Notes: generated from the letters alone by a model not told the origin. 64,000 nucleotides of DNA from an uncultured virus (IMG/VR IMGVR_UViG_3300014039_000035) (IMGVR_UViG_3300014039_000035), one strand, 5' to 3'. Shown: positions 1-9,264, numbered from the stretch's first letter. Translations and numbers: made by a program.

Positions 1-88
1 AAAACCGCCACGACAACGGTCACGGAAGAGACCAACCCCGAAAAGACACCGGTTGACAACAACGCTTCCGGAAAATCAATACAGAACT

Positions 89-125
89 AAAAAAAAGAAG
101 GGACGCCATCACGGCGGCCCTTCTT
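89..125 (-). terminator. intrinsic terminator downstream of the DUF3127-like gene
   Basis: Stem AAGAAGGG.CGCC/GGCG.CCCTTCTT followed by a T-run on the minus strand. Confidence 0.6.
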
Positions 126-166
126 CGTAATATGTTCATACACACGTCTAACCCATCGGTTAAACA

Positions 167-511
167 TTAAAACGGCAGTCCGTCGCCTTTGTCCTGCGCT
201 GCCGCTGTCGCAGGGGCGTTATTTACGTTAGCAAACGCGCCTTCAACCTCCCACTCGAAGCAGGTGACGTTGTGGTAGTACCTGCCGTTGTACTCACGGC
301 TTGTGACATCATAGTGGCACGTCACGACCTGACCAAGACGTAGTTTGGCGAACTCGTCAGCCTTGAAGCTGTTATCCAGCGCCAGCTGGCTTGTGTAGCG
401 TCCGTCTTGAAACTCGATGACCACCGTCTGCCTTTTCCAAGGGCCTCTCTGACCCTCGCCCGTCGCCATCGGTGGCACGGCAACGACTCTTCCTTTTACA
501 ATATTATCCAT
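167..511 (-). CDS. DUF3127-family OB-fold protein, probable single-stranded DNA-binding protein
   Basis: W-K-R-Q and SREYNGRYY motifs; acidic tail ending GDGLPF as in SSBs. Confidence 0.8.
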   Translation of the reverse strand: MDNIVKGRVVAVPPMATGEGQRGPWKRQTVVIEFQDGRYTSQLALDNSFKADEFAKLRLGQVVTCHYDVTSREYNGRYYHNVTCFEWEVEGAFANVNNAPATAAAQDKGDGLPF

Positions 512-523
512 TAACTATTTGAA

Positions 524-690
524 TTAGAATGATTTCCCTCTGAACTTTTGAATAACAGCGAAAGTCGAAAGACAACCGACAAGAATCACAGTTATAGGCC
601 AAAACAGAAAACATAGCAAGACAGAAAGCCAATTTATGTTCTCTACCCGAACATCAGGCACACACCACAACAGCAGGATTAATGTGAATC
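524..690 (-). pseudogene. 3' part of a small membrane-protein gene whose 5' end is occupied by the 691-820 element
   Basis: Open frame FTLILLLWCVPDVRVENINWLSVLLCFLFWPITVILVGCLSTFAVIQKFRGKSF* with no ATG of its own. Confidence 0.45.
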
Positions 691-820
691 TGACTACTCC
701 CACAGCTAAAGCAGTGGGGTTCTTGGGGCAGGCACGGAGCTTCCTCCCACCTTATGCCCACAAAGGGCTAGTCCTTCCCTCGCTATAATCCCACCATTAA
801 AATAGTGGGTTTTCTCGCTT
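691..820 (-). mobile_element. non-autonomous IS200/IS605-type miniature element (PATE-like)
   Basis: Two related hairpins CCCAC-N10-GTGGG (699-718, 790-809); minus strand ends ...GTGGGAGTAGTCA like IS605-group right ends; no ORF. Confidence 0.6.
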
Positions 821-845
821 ATTTCTCATAATGTATTCATTTTCT

Positions 846-1316
846 TTACTGCATCTTAAAAAACTTGATAAGCGCCTCGGCATCGAACCCCGGAACAGGC
901 TTGAAGTTCGCTATCGCCTTGTGAACCCTTTGCCGCTTGTCGTTCCCCTGCGGGTCGCCGTCAACACGGGAATAGTAGAGTATCAGCAGACGCACAATGT
1001 CATCAGCATACGACTGCAACGCCTCAGTGCGCTCTTTCATACCCTCCGGAACACGGCACATGGCATAGTTGAACGTATCGTCAAATGCCACCTCCAAGCC
1101 TTTCAGAAAGGCGTTGATATTCTTCTTCGCCTCGTTGAAGGCGTGCTTCTTGCGCTGCACAAGACAGTTCTGCGCGCCTATCTTGTCAAGGGCACGCGCC
1201 ATGTGCGCTCCCATAGTCTGCATTCCCCATACCATTTCCAGAAGTACGCCCAAGGCAGCGTAACCCTCAGCTGAGAAGTCGGTGCAGTCCTTGTTTATCA
1301 GAATATTCCCGTTCAT
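846..1316 (-). CDS. hypothetical phage protein
   Basis: 156 aa ORF, translationally coupled to its neighbours. Confidence 0.7.
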   Translation of the reverse strand: MNGNILINKDCTDFSAEGYAALGVLLEMVWGMQTMGAHMARALDKIGAQNCLVQRKKHAFNEAKKNINAFLKGLEVAFDDTFNYAMCRVPEGMKERTEALQSYADDIVRLLILYYSRVDGDPQGNDKRQRVHKAIANFKPVPGFDAEALIKFFKMQ

Positions 1317-1912
1317 AACCCTTTTTGTTTGAAATCAAAGTAATGCCCCTTGTCGGGATTCCTGCCCTTCTTCTCCAGAACCGGGCAGCGGTTCGTATTC
1401 TCGTCGTACCACGCCACAAGGTTGTTCACGTCAACCTCGTAACCACGGCTGCGCAGATACCAAGTGTTCAGATGGAACTTTCTTCCTCTGTTGCGTACCC
1501 TCAGCTTCGTCTGCTGCGGAACGCCGAACATTCGCCTCGCACGCTCCTCTTTGAGCAGTTGCCTTCTGGTCTCGGCTGACTTCTCCAGACGCTGGCGTTC
1601 CTTTCTTGCGCCAAGCCGCTGAAGGGATGTCTCTCCGCTCTTGAAGCGGTGCTTCTCGCTTCCGGGGATTATGTAGCCTTTCGGTGGGAACGTTCCGTGG
1701 ATGATGTGCGATTCTTTAGCCTTGTCGGCGGCATTCCGCTGGCACTTGCGCATGAACTGCTTGGTCTTGGTAAGCCCCAACGCCCTCGCTGTCCTGTGGA
1801 GTGTGGAGAAGCTGACGCCCAGCTTCTCCATTATCACATCATTCGGCGTGTTCTTGAACATCTTTCGGAGCCGCTCGACCTTGTCGGCGTTCTCCGGTCT
1901 CTCGTGCCACAT
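1313..1912 (-). CDS. basic HTH-containing DNA-binding protein
   Basis: N-terminal HTH-like segment (IMEKLGVSFSTLHRTARALGL) and HRFKSG motif. Confidence 0.6.
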   Translation of the reverse strand: MWHERPENADKVERLRKMFKNTPNDVIMEKLGVSFSTLHRTARALGLTKTKQFMRKCQRNAADKAKESHIIHGTFPPKGYIIPGSEKHRFKSGETSLQRLGARKERQRLEKSAETRRQLLKEERARRMFGVPQQTKLRVRNRGRKFHLNTWYLRSRGYEVDVNNLVAWYDENTNRCPVLEKKGRNPDKGHYFDFKQKGL

Positions 1913-1913
1913 T

Positions 1914-2306
1914 TTAGAAACTTGCGGACTCTCTTGCGGCTATGAAACGCCGCTTCGATTCAAGAACAGCATTATGCAGCCCCTCCAGCTCGTCAAGCAT
2001 CTTGTCCGTGTACGGCTTCGGTGCGCCCTTGCACCACGATTGGAAGTTGATTCTTTTCGGACACTCAAGGAAATCAAGCCTTTGACAGTAGGCGGTCCAA
2101 TTCCATATCTCATTGATATGTAGTTTGTCGGCATTGTCGATGTCATAGCGGATGTCATCGAAGTTGAGGAAAACCTCGTCGTTGACGCATACAACCTCAC
2201 CCACGCCCTGACCTATCCAGTCCGCTGTTGATAGATTGTGCCTTTTGATGAATGCTTCGAGGTATGCCTTGCACACCTCGTCGAATTGTTGTTTCAGCTC
2301 TTTCAT
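1914..2306 (-). CDS. hypothetical phage protein
   Basis: 130 aa ORF in operon with ATGA overlap. Confidence 0.7.
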   Translation of the reverse strand: MKELKQQFDEVCKAYLEAFIKRHNLSTADWIGQGVGEVVCVNDEVFLNFDDIRYDIDNADKLHINEIWNWTAYCQRLDFLECPKRINFQSWCKGAPKPYTDKMLDELEGLHNAVLESKRRFIAARESASF

Positions 2307-2935
2307 TGCGAATCTTTTTCCCCTTCTTCCTTCAAATCCCGTGCCACGTCGAGCTGCGTCTGCGGTGTCAGAACAAGGCCGTTCTCCTCAGAGAAACGCT
2401 TGTACTTGCAGTACTGGCACTCGTCAACCGTATTCTCCTCACAGAAAAGGCGGTAGCGGCACTCCTGCATGCACGACACTGGAAGGTAACGCCTCGGCTT
2501 CTCCGGCTTCTCCTCGCCGCCGTCAAGAAGTGACAGCTTGTCAGCCATCTTCAAGACAAACTCCGGATCCTGCGCCTGCTCGATGTTGTCTATCATCGTC
2601 ATAGCGAACTCCATCAGCTTCGCCTTGGAAGCCGCCTTGCGCTCCGACATAGGCTTCTTCTCCGCTTCGGGTGCAGCCTTGGGATGAAGGAACGCATTCA
2701 GTGTTTCCTCGTATGCCTTGATGTAGTCAATGCTCTCCCTGCGGGCAAAGAACTGACGCACGTAGGAGTCTATCGCCGCCTGCGCCTTCGAGGACAGCAT
2801 ATCCGGCCTTGCGAAAAGAAGAAAGGCCGTCTTCTTCGGGCAGCACGATATGACATACCAGGAAAGTGCGGCCTGCTCTTCCTGGGTCAACGGAGAAATG
2901 AAATTCTCCGGACGCAATGGAATCAGTGGTTTCAT
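2303..2935 (-). CDS. hypothetical protein with Cys-rich C-terminus; possible small terminase subunit
   Basis: Helical N-terminus plus CxxxCxYxxxC...CxxC tail; the TerS assignment is a guess. Confidence 0.4.
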   Translation of the reverse strand: MKPLIPLRPENFISPLTQEEQAALSWYVISCCPKKTAFLLFARPDMLSSKAQAAIDSYVRQFFARRESIDYIKAYEETLNAFLHPKAAPEAEKKPMSERKAASKAKLMEFAMTMIDNIEQAQDPEFVLKMADKLSLLDGGEEKPEKPRRYLPVSCMQECRYRLFCEENTVDECQYCKYKRFSEENGLVLTPQTQLDVARDLKEEGEKDSQ

Positions 2936-3330
2936 TTTGATAGATAGTCTTTTAGAAGCGCCCGGAAGTCCTCGACTGTGCGTATGACCTCATAGCGGTA
3001 ACCTTGCGCCTCGACCATTTTCTGCCAGTCTTTCTGATATTGGGACTGGTGACCTACGGGAGTCTTCATTTCTATGCAGAGTCCGTGCCAACCGCCACGC
3101 GGAATCAGACACAAAAGGTCGGCGACACCACGCACGATGCCTTGCGCCTTGCGCCTTGCGCCAGCGACAATATCCGATCTGTTACTCTCGTTCTCAACGT
3201 GGAAAATGAGGTGCCTGGTGACAGGAAACTCGTTCCACGCAACCTTGACGCACTCCGCCTGGATACGCATCTCCTCCGAAGACCTGCGCTTCCTGTCAAA
3301 GGGATTCTCCTGTGTCGGTATTATTGCCAT
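2932..3330 (-). CDS. VRR-NUC domain nuclease (Holliday-junction resolvase-like)
   Basis: E..IQ, FHVENE, GVADL, IEMK, SQYQKDW motifs. Confidence 0.9.
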   Translation of the reverse strand: MAIIPTQENPFDRKRRSSEEMRIQAECVKVAWNEFPVTRHLIFHVENESNRSDIVAGARRKAQGIVRGVADLLCLIPRGGWHGLCIEMKTPVGHQSQYQKDWQKMVEAQGYRYEVIRTVEDFRALLKDYLSK

Positions 3331-3339
3331 GACACAAAG

Positions 3340-4871
3340 TTAACGTTTTCCGCCCGATTGTGCAAACAGCGACGGACCTGTGTCCTCTTTCTTCTTCACC
3401 TTGACCTTGGAAAGAATCTCCTTCTTGAAAAACCACCAGAACTTCGGGCTGATGTTTTCGCCGTGCTTTGTCCGCAGCACGTCTATGGCACGCATAAAAG
3501 CCTCCTTCTGGTTGTCGGCGTTCTTTATGCAGACGTTCACGAGAATCCAGTTGTTCTTCTTCCCCGCCAGCTTCTGACGTGCCACATACTGCTCCAATGT
3601 CTCCTCCTCGCCCGATGTGGTGGACACTATCTCTTGCAGTTCCGCTTGGTATGTCTCCTGCCTTGACGGCCAATGGTAGCCGCAGAACTTACAGTCTGTC
3701 CACGAAACGGGAACCAGCTTGTGACACTGCGGACACTCTTTGACGGGCGGGACACCGCCGCCCTGCCCGGTGTTGTGCCAAACCGACCAATCTCTGTTAT
3801 CCTCATACCTTCCCAACCTCTCGTAATTCCGTCCGAAATCCATACAGATAAACTCGCCGTTTTTTCCGTCGGCAATCCTTGAAGCCCTCCCAAGGCATTG
3901 CAGATACTTGACCAACGATGTCGTCGAAAACATCAGCATTACGACCTTGATGTCCGGAATGTCGATACCCGTGGTAAACAGACCGAAATTAACCAGAACA
4001 GGAAATTCACCCCTGGCAAAAGCATCTACCACCGCCTTGCGCTCACCGCTGTATTCCTCATCCTCGTCAAAACTGCCAGAAAGGCAGTATTTGGCCTTAA
4101 TGCCACGCTCGCAGAACTCGCGCGTAAGATTTATCGTCTGCTCACTTGAACAGCAGAATACGATACATTTCTGACCTTTACAAAGACGCTCGTAGTTCTC
4201 CACAGCTCCGACATAACGCGCCTTGGACTTGAACTTGGACGCCATCTGGCCAAGGTTGTAATCCCCACGGCTATAGTCCCACTCGACATCATCCATTGAC
4301 GGAGCGTCAAGCGAGAATAGACGGCATCGGCATAGGTAGCCCATATCTATAATTTCCTGCACCTGCGGGCCAACCACGATAGCGCCATAATCGAGTCCGA
4401 ACTGACGCATTTGTCCATAGCGGGCAGGGGATGCGGAAAGACCTACCACAAAAGCATCCTGCGTTACCCGTTGCTGAAAGACAGTATCAAACTCGGACCG
4501 ATGACACTCATCGAGAATTATAAACTTGAAAGTACAAAACCAATCAAGCCATTCTTGTTTCTTCAAACGCTGACGCAGTGTCTGCACCATCATAACGCAA
4601 CACTTCGAGTCTGGCATCTTTCGTGTTTTCGCATAAACCTCAGCCGAGTCCACGCCCCACTTCCTTGTATGCGCCGCATCTTGCTTGAGAATCTCCTCGC
4701 TATGTGCAAGAATCAAAACACGATAATTGCTCATCGATGCCATCGACCCGATAAGAACCCCTTTGCCGTTTAGCCTGACCCTGTTGGGCTTTGCACGATT
4801 ATGTGCTTATAGCTCGACAGGGCCAGTCTTGATTCGTCAATTAATTTTTGTTGATAAATACGTAAATTCAT
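3340..4871 (-). CDS. SF2 DEAD/DEAH-box helicase with C-terminal zinc ribbon; Walker A interrupted by an 8-nt insertion at 4765-4775
   Basis: Upstream mini-ORF 4871-4770 gives MNLRIYQ...VQSPTGSG*; main ORF continues GKGVLIGSM, with DECH, SASP, TGIDIP, QCLGRASR and CPQC/CKFC. Confidence 0.9.
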
Positions 4872-5212
4872 GCTTCATTCAATTCCACCAGAAACCAGTA
4901 GTCATCGACAAATCCCAGCCGACTGTTCCACATCGACCGGATGTTCACGAAAGGGAAGCCGAAACGCTGCCGGCACACGCAGTCCAGCTCGCCGTCGTAC
5001 ACGCCTCCCTTGTTGTTCCACGCCGCCACGAAACGGGGGCGCATCCTCTTGCCGTCAAGAGTCTCGAACAGCACGTCAACCTCGGCCTTTCTTACCCAGA
5101 ACGCGTCTTCCACGGCGTTTCTTGGCAGAAGCAGGGCGTCCGCGCCTCTTGCCTGCACGCGAAACGCGCGGGTCTCTATACACCTCGGCGGCCGGCTCTC
5201 GCTCTTCCTCAT
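4868..5212 (-). CDS. hypothetical phage protein
   Basis: Stop overlaps the helicase ATG (ATGA). Confidence 0.55.
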   Translation of the reverse strand: MRKSESRPPRCIETRAFRVQARGADALLLPRNAVEDAFWVRKAEVDVLFETLDGKRMRPRFVAAWNNKGGVYDGELDCVCRQRFGFPFVNIRSMWNSRLGFVDDYWFLVELNEA

Positions 5213-5573
5213 CTTGCTTGTCTATTACCACAAAAATACACTTGTCCTCAAAAAACACATCCTTGCCGTACCCTTCCATCCGGGCGTTCAGAAGCCACTT
5301 CTGGTACGCTATCCTCCACGCCACGCCGTAGCGGATCCGGCAAAGCAAATCGCAAAGGTCACCCTCAACCACCATCGCCTTGATGATGCGGCAGTCCGGG
5401 CCGTTGAAAAGACGAAGACGGTCGCCCCGCCTCGCCTTCAACACGCAGGCCGTCTTATCGTAGAAAAGGCCGTAGGGAAGCAGTATGTAGTCCAGACGGA
5501 ACTCGCCCGGCTCCTCGTGGCCCGTGCGGAACAGCTTCGGCTTCCTATCCTCTATGTCTATGCCCAGTCCCAC
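5076..5573 (-). CDS. hypothetical phage protein
   Basis: 165 aa ORF starting immediately after the methyltransferase stop. Confidence 0.55.
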   Translation of the reverse strand: MGLGIDIEDRKPKLFRTGHEEPGEFRLDYILLPYGLFYDKTACVLKARRGDRLRLFNGPDCRIIKAMVVEGDLCDLLCRIRYGVAWRIAYQKWLLNARMEGYGKDVFFEDKCIFVVIDKQDEEEREPAAEVYRDPRVSRAGKRRGRPASAKKRRGRRVLGKKGRG

Positions 5574-5574
5574 A

Positions 5575-6300
5575 CTAAAACAAACTCCCTTGCTCTATCC
5601 TGTGACCGCCGATGTCCTGCACGCCGTGGCACACACGCTCGAAGCGCTCCACCGACTTGTCGAAATATTCCTTGTCTATCTCTATGCCCGTGAAGTCCAA
5701 GTCCAGACCGTACGCAGCTATCCTTGACGAGCCGCTTCCAAGGTGCGTGTCAAGAACCCTGTCCCCCGGCTTGGCGAACTGCTTGAAGACCCAAGAATAC
5801 AACGCCACCGGCTTCTGCGTCGGGTGGAAACGCTGCTCCTTCGCGCTTCCCTGCGGCGCGCACTCGAACACCTTGGCGTTGCCGTTGAAACTTGTCCACG
5901 CGTACTCCGCCATGGCCATACTGAAACTTTCCGAAATGGTCAGCTTGCGCCAGACCAAAAAGCATCTTGTCGGAGGAAGCGAGAAGTAGTTCCCGCCCCA
6001 GATGACCTGATTCTTCGCGACACGGAAAAGCTCCCTGAAATATTCCTCGCCGGGTGCCACGTCCCAGCCTATGATTTTTTTCCGCACTTCGCCGACCAGC
6101 TGCCGCCCGTCCTTGTAACGGTCGAACCTTTGGCCGAAACGCCCCCCCCCATTGATACTGAGGTCGTTAGCGCCACCGTACGGCGGGTCAACCACAGCCA
6201 AATCAAAGCTCTTGTCCGGCTGATTCCTCAGGAACTCCAGACAGTCCATGTTGTAGACTTGACTCTTCATTTTCATTCGATTCTTTTTTGATTTCTTCAA
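5575..6300 (-). CDS. N6-adenine/N4-cytosine DNA methyltransferase (beta class)
   Basis: DPPY, HPTQKP, DTHLGSGSS, GIEID motifs. Confidence 0.92.
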   Translation of the reverse strand: MKKSKKNRMKMKSQVYNMDCLEFLRNQPDKSFDLAVVDPPYGGANDLSINGGGRFGQRFDRYKDGRQLVGEVRKKIIGWDVAPGEEYFRELFRVAKNQVIWGGNYFSLPPTRCFLVWRKLTISESFSMAMAEYAWTSFNGNAKVFECAPQGSAKEQRFHPTQKPVALYSWVFKQFAKPGDRVLDTHLGSGSSRIAAYGLDLDFTGIEIDKEYFDKSVERFERVCHGVQDIGGHRIEQGSLF

Positions 6301-6910
6301 TATCCCTTCTCACCTGGAACGTGAACCTCTGTCTGCCCCGCCACTTCCTTGTCAGGTCGTGTATCGCCCTCGCGTACTGCTCGAACGCTATGATGCTGAA
6401 ATCGCGCTCGTCCTCCGGCACCCTCCGGTACTCGAATGCGAACATATGCATATCAGACACGTAGTCCGTGCTGACCATCCTCAATGCCAGCTTGCCGTCC
6501 GGACTCCACCGAACCCTCGGCGTGGACATGAACGCGTCTATCGCCCTCGGCTCCGGCCTTTTAAGCCACTCGGACATCCCTTTCAGATAGAAGCGCATAC
6601 AGTACGGAAGGAAGTACCACAGATGGTTCTGACGGATGATCTCGTAGATGTAGAACTCCGCGAACTCGTTCATACCGCGCTCCTTCGCCCAGCGGTACAT
6701 AAGGAAACGCCATGTCTCCCAGTCAAGGTCGCCCGGCTCGCCAAGGACGGCGAACTTCCACGAGACCGTGTGCTCCTCAAGGAAGTTACGCACCTCGTAG
6801 TCGTCGCCGCGCTCGCAAGCGTCCCAGACCCCCCGCTTGTAGCAGTAGTCGAAGAAACGCACTATCGCAGGAGCGCTCCGCCTGTTCAGCGGCGTCCTGT
6901 ACTCGTACAT
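6203..6910 (-). CDS. hypothetical phage protein
   Basis: Long aromatic-rich ORF; ATG at 6910 overlaps the end of the upstream ORF. Confidence 0.6.
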   Translation of the reverse strand: MYEYRTPLNRRSAPAIVRFFDYCYKRGVWDACERGDDYEVRNFLEEHTVSWKFAVLGEPGDLDWETWRFLMYRWAKERGMNEFAEFYIYEIIRQNHLWYFLPYCMRFYLKGMSEWLKRPEPRAIDAFMSTPRVRWSPDGKLALRMVSTDYVSDMHMFAFEYRRVPEDERDFSIIAFEQYARAIHDLTRKWRGRQRFTFQVRRDIEEIKKESNENEESSLQHGLSGVPEESAGQEL

Positions 6911-7134
6911 CTTCCTGTCGGCCTCCGGGGGCCTTCTTCTCTGACCAAAACCCACGTTAATTCCTCCTCGTTGTCCATCAACCAGCTCAGCATCTCGAAA
7001 TACAAGCCGATGGAGCACCCCGGCATAGGAAAGAGCCTCGCGCTCCCGTCCTCGCCCTGCCGGAGACGCCCCATTCGGCGACCGTCAACACTGATATAAA
7101 AATTATCCAGTAACACTTTTCTTCTCTTTTTCAA
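6886..7134 (-). CDS. hypothetical protein
   Basis: 82 aa ORF filling the operon gap. Confidence 0.45.
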   Translation of the reverse strand: MKKRRKVLLDNFYISVDGRRMGRLRQGEDGSARLFPMPGCSIGLYFEMLSWLMDNEEELTWVLVREEGPRRPTGRCTSTGRR

Positions 7135-7864
7135 CCTTCACCAACCTGCCGTCCACAAGCTCCCAGCCCTCCTTCATCTTGGAAGGGTTCATGTCCGAGT
7201 CTATGAACGCGTCGAAAAGAAGCACCCTGCGGCGCATATCCTCGATGCTTTCGGCGTAGTCCTCCCTGCGGAAACGGAACACTACGCCGCGCCAAGGGGC
7301 GAGCAGAGAGTCCAAGTCCTTCATTATGTCATCCCTAACGGGAGCGTACTTCACAAGCACCACGCTCTTAACCTTCGGATTCGACAGGAACAGCCCAAGA
7401 ATCTGCGGGCCGTGGTCCTTGAACACACGGAAGGACTTCTCCTCGCCGCTTGTCCGCTCGTCGCAGAAGAACTCGACCGTCTCGTTCCCGACCATCGTCT
7501 TGAACTCCAGGACAACGCTATCATCCTCGGAATAGGCGTCCGGACTCGCCCCGAACATCGGCATACCCTCCGGAATCCAGAAAGGCACCTCCGGAAGGTC
7601 CTTCGAGTACACGAAACGCGCCGCCTTGCACTCCGGAAGATTCCCGACCGCCCAGCGGAAGATGTCCGGCTCGGTCTCGTTGCCGATGTCCATAGCCCTT
7701 GCCGAAACGGGCAGGGAGAACCCGTGACGCCGCTCGAATCTCTTCGCCCGGACATACGACACGTTACTGTCTATAACCTTGCCGGAAGCCGACACCAGCT
7801 GCCCCAGCTCGCTCGCGGTTATCCGCCCGCAGCGCTTCTCCATCCAGACCTCGTTCTTGTCCAT
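7103..7864 (-). CDS. YqaJ/lambda-exonuclease-like recombination nuclease
   Basis: W...RCGRITASE, G...EP, GASPD, LEFK motifs. Confidence 0.9.
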   Translation of the reverse strand: MDKNEVWMEKRCGRITASELGQLVSASGKVIDSNVSYVRAKRFERRHGFSLPVSARAMDIGNETEPDIFRWAVGNLPECKAARFVYSKDLPEVPFWIPEGMPMFGASPDAYSEDDSVVLEFKTMVGNETVEFFCDERTSGEEKSFRVFKDHGPQILGLFLSNPKVKSVVLVKYAPVRDDIMKDLDSLLAPWRGVVFRFRREDYAESIEDMRRRVLLFDAFIDSDMNPSKMKEGWELVDGRLVKVEKEKKSVTG

Positions 7865-7866
7865 CG

Positions 7867-8493
7867 CTATTCAGGCAAATCGTCACTCTCCTGCGGCTTG
7901 GCGGCTATCCCGTCAGCCACCGCGTCCTCCACCGTCTGGCTCTCGAAGTCGTAACGCTCCTTTATCGCCGCCATGTCAAGGCCGTTCTTCAACGCCCAGT
8001 CCACGATGACACCGACCTTGTCCTCGGTTATGACCTTTTTCGCGGCAGGAGCCTGTGCGGGTGCGTAGCCGTTCTCGACAAGCCACTGCTGCATCTCCTC
8101 TACCGAGGCCGCCGGATAGCGGCTGATGCGGAGGCCGTAGGTGGTCCCGCCGTTTTGTACATCGCGTGCCTCCTCTTTGGTCAGCCTGACCGGAATGTTG
8201 TGGAGCAAGTCAATCCTACCCTCGCAAGGACGTCCGTCCTCAACGATGTCGTTCCAGTGCGCCTTGGCAATCCGGGTTCGGTTCGTAACATTTCCGACCA
8301 TGCTCTTTTCCGTAAAAGGATTCGGTGCGAACTTGAACAACCACACGTCTTTTTCCTGTCTTCCGTTCACTCGCAGGCTTTCATGAAATTCGATGCTTTC
8401 GATGATTATGCGAGGAATGTCTTGCCCACCGGGCAGCATATCCACGCTCGCATAGTCACTTTTCGTGCCTTTCTTGTAATAAGTCCCTAACAT
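7867..8493 (-). CDS. putative ssDNA-annealing/binding partner of the exonuclease
   Basis: Adjacent to YqaJ; NVTNR motif; acidic tail DDLPE. Confidence 0.5.
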   Translation of the reverse strand: MLGTYYKKGTKSDYASVDMLPGGQDIPRIIIESIEFHESLRVNGRQEKDVWLFKFAPNPFTEKSMVGNVTNRTRIAKAHWNDIVEDGRPCEGRIDLLHNIPVRLTKEEARDVQNGGTTYGLRISRYPAASVEEMQQWLVENGYAPAQAPAAKKVITEDKVGVIVDWALKNGLDMAAIKERYDFESQTVEDAVADGIAAKPQESDDLPE

Positions 8494-8568
8494 TTGTTTT
8501 GTTTTTAGTCTGTTCCGCCGATATGGCTTCACTTCGTATCTTTTCCTCTTACAAATTCTGTGCCCTAA

Positions 8569-9138
8569 TTATCTATCTTCATATCTCCAAAAATACCCGC
8601 CAGCCGTTCTGTTAGGATTTAGGCAAGCTCTTGATATATTACTAATGCCAGTCTCACGGCCAGCTTCAAGAGTGCCATAAAAAGAGCGTATAAAATTACC
8701 ATCCAAACTATATTGAGAAACCTTTTTTGAATTTGGACATAATTTTCCAGTTTTCCCACGGGCAGCATCCGAAGTATGTTTTATAGCAAGCTCAAAATTA
8801 CTATTCTCTTTTGGTGTACACCATCTTAGATTTTCTACTCTATTATTTCTTCTATCCCCGTCAATATGATCAATAAACGGCTTATTATGTGGATTTGGAA
8901 TAAATGCCGTACCCACAAGAGTGTGCACGAGCTTATATTTCTTTCCTGACGAATTGGATAAGGATACGAACTCGTAACCTCGGTTTTGAACAGCAGTTTT
9001 GAGGATTCGTTCTTTAACCGTAATCCTTTTTCCATTTCCCTGCACAATGACTCTCGTCAAGCTTTTTACTCGGCCCAAATTACTTACATCATAAAATCCC
9101 TCGTAACCAACAACCGGTTTCCAAATTTCTGTTTCCAT
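8569..9138 (-). CDS. NUMOD4-HNH-NUMOD1 homing endonuclease
   Basis: EIWKPVVGYEGFYDVSNLGRVKS, VHTLV, DHIDGDRRNNRVENLRWCT; AT-rich relative to flanks. Confidence 0.93.
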   Translation of the reverse strand: METEIWKPVVGYEGFYDVSNLGRVKSLTRVIVQGNGKRITVKERILKTAVQNRGYEFVSLSNSSGKKYKLVHTLVGTAFIPNPHNKPFIDHIDGDRRNNRVENLRWCTPKENSNFELAIKHTSDAARGKTGKLCPNSKKVSQYSLDGNFIRSFYGTLEAGRETGISNISRACLNPNRTAGGYFWRYEDR

Positions 9139-9151
9139 TTTTAGTAAAACA

Positions 9152-9252
9152 ATCCCCAGCGTTCAAATAGCGGTGGAAGCACTATTCTACTAACAGGGGA
9201 TGCTAATTGTCTATTTTGCTATCTTCCACATAGCAATAACTATGCAAAAATA
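9152..9252 (-). promoter_or_regulatory. TAnnTTTG promoter plus kissing-loop leader of the HNH gene
   Basis: TATTTTTG at 9252-9245; hairpin loops GTGGAAG and CTTCCAC are complementary. Confidence 0.7.
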
Positions 9253-9264
9253 ATAGTTATCAGA

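Noticed and set aside
4770..4772. Stop-codon reassignment or readthrough as the explanation for the helicase TAA
   Set aside because: The downstream helicase is in a different frame, and TAA ends many normal genes here
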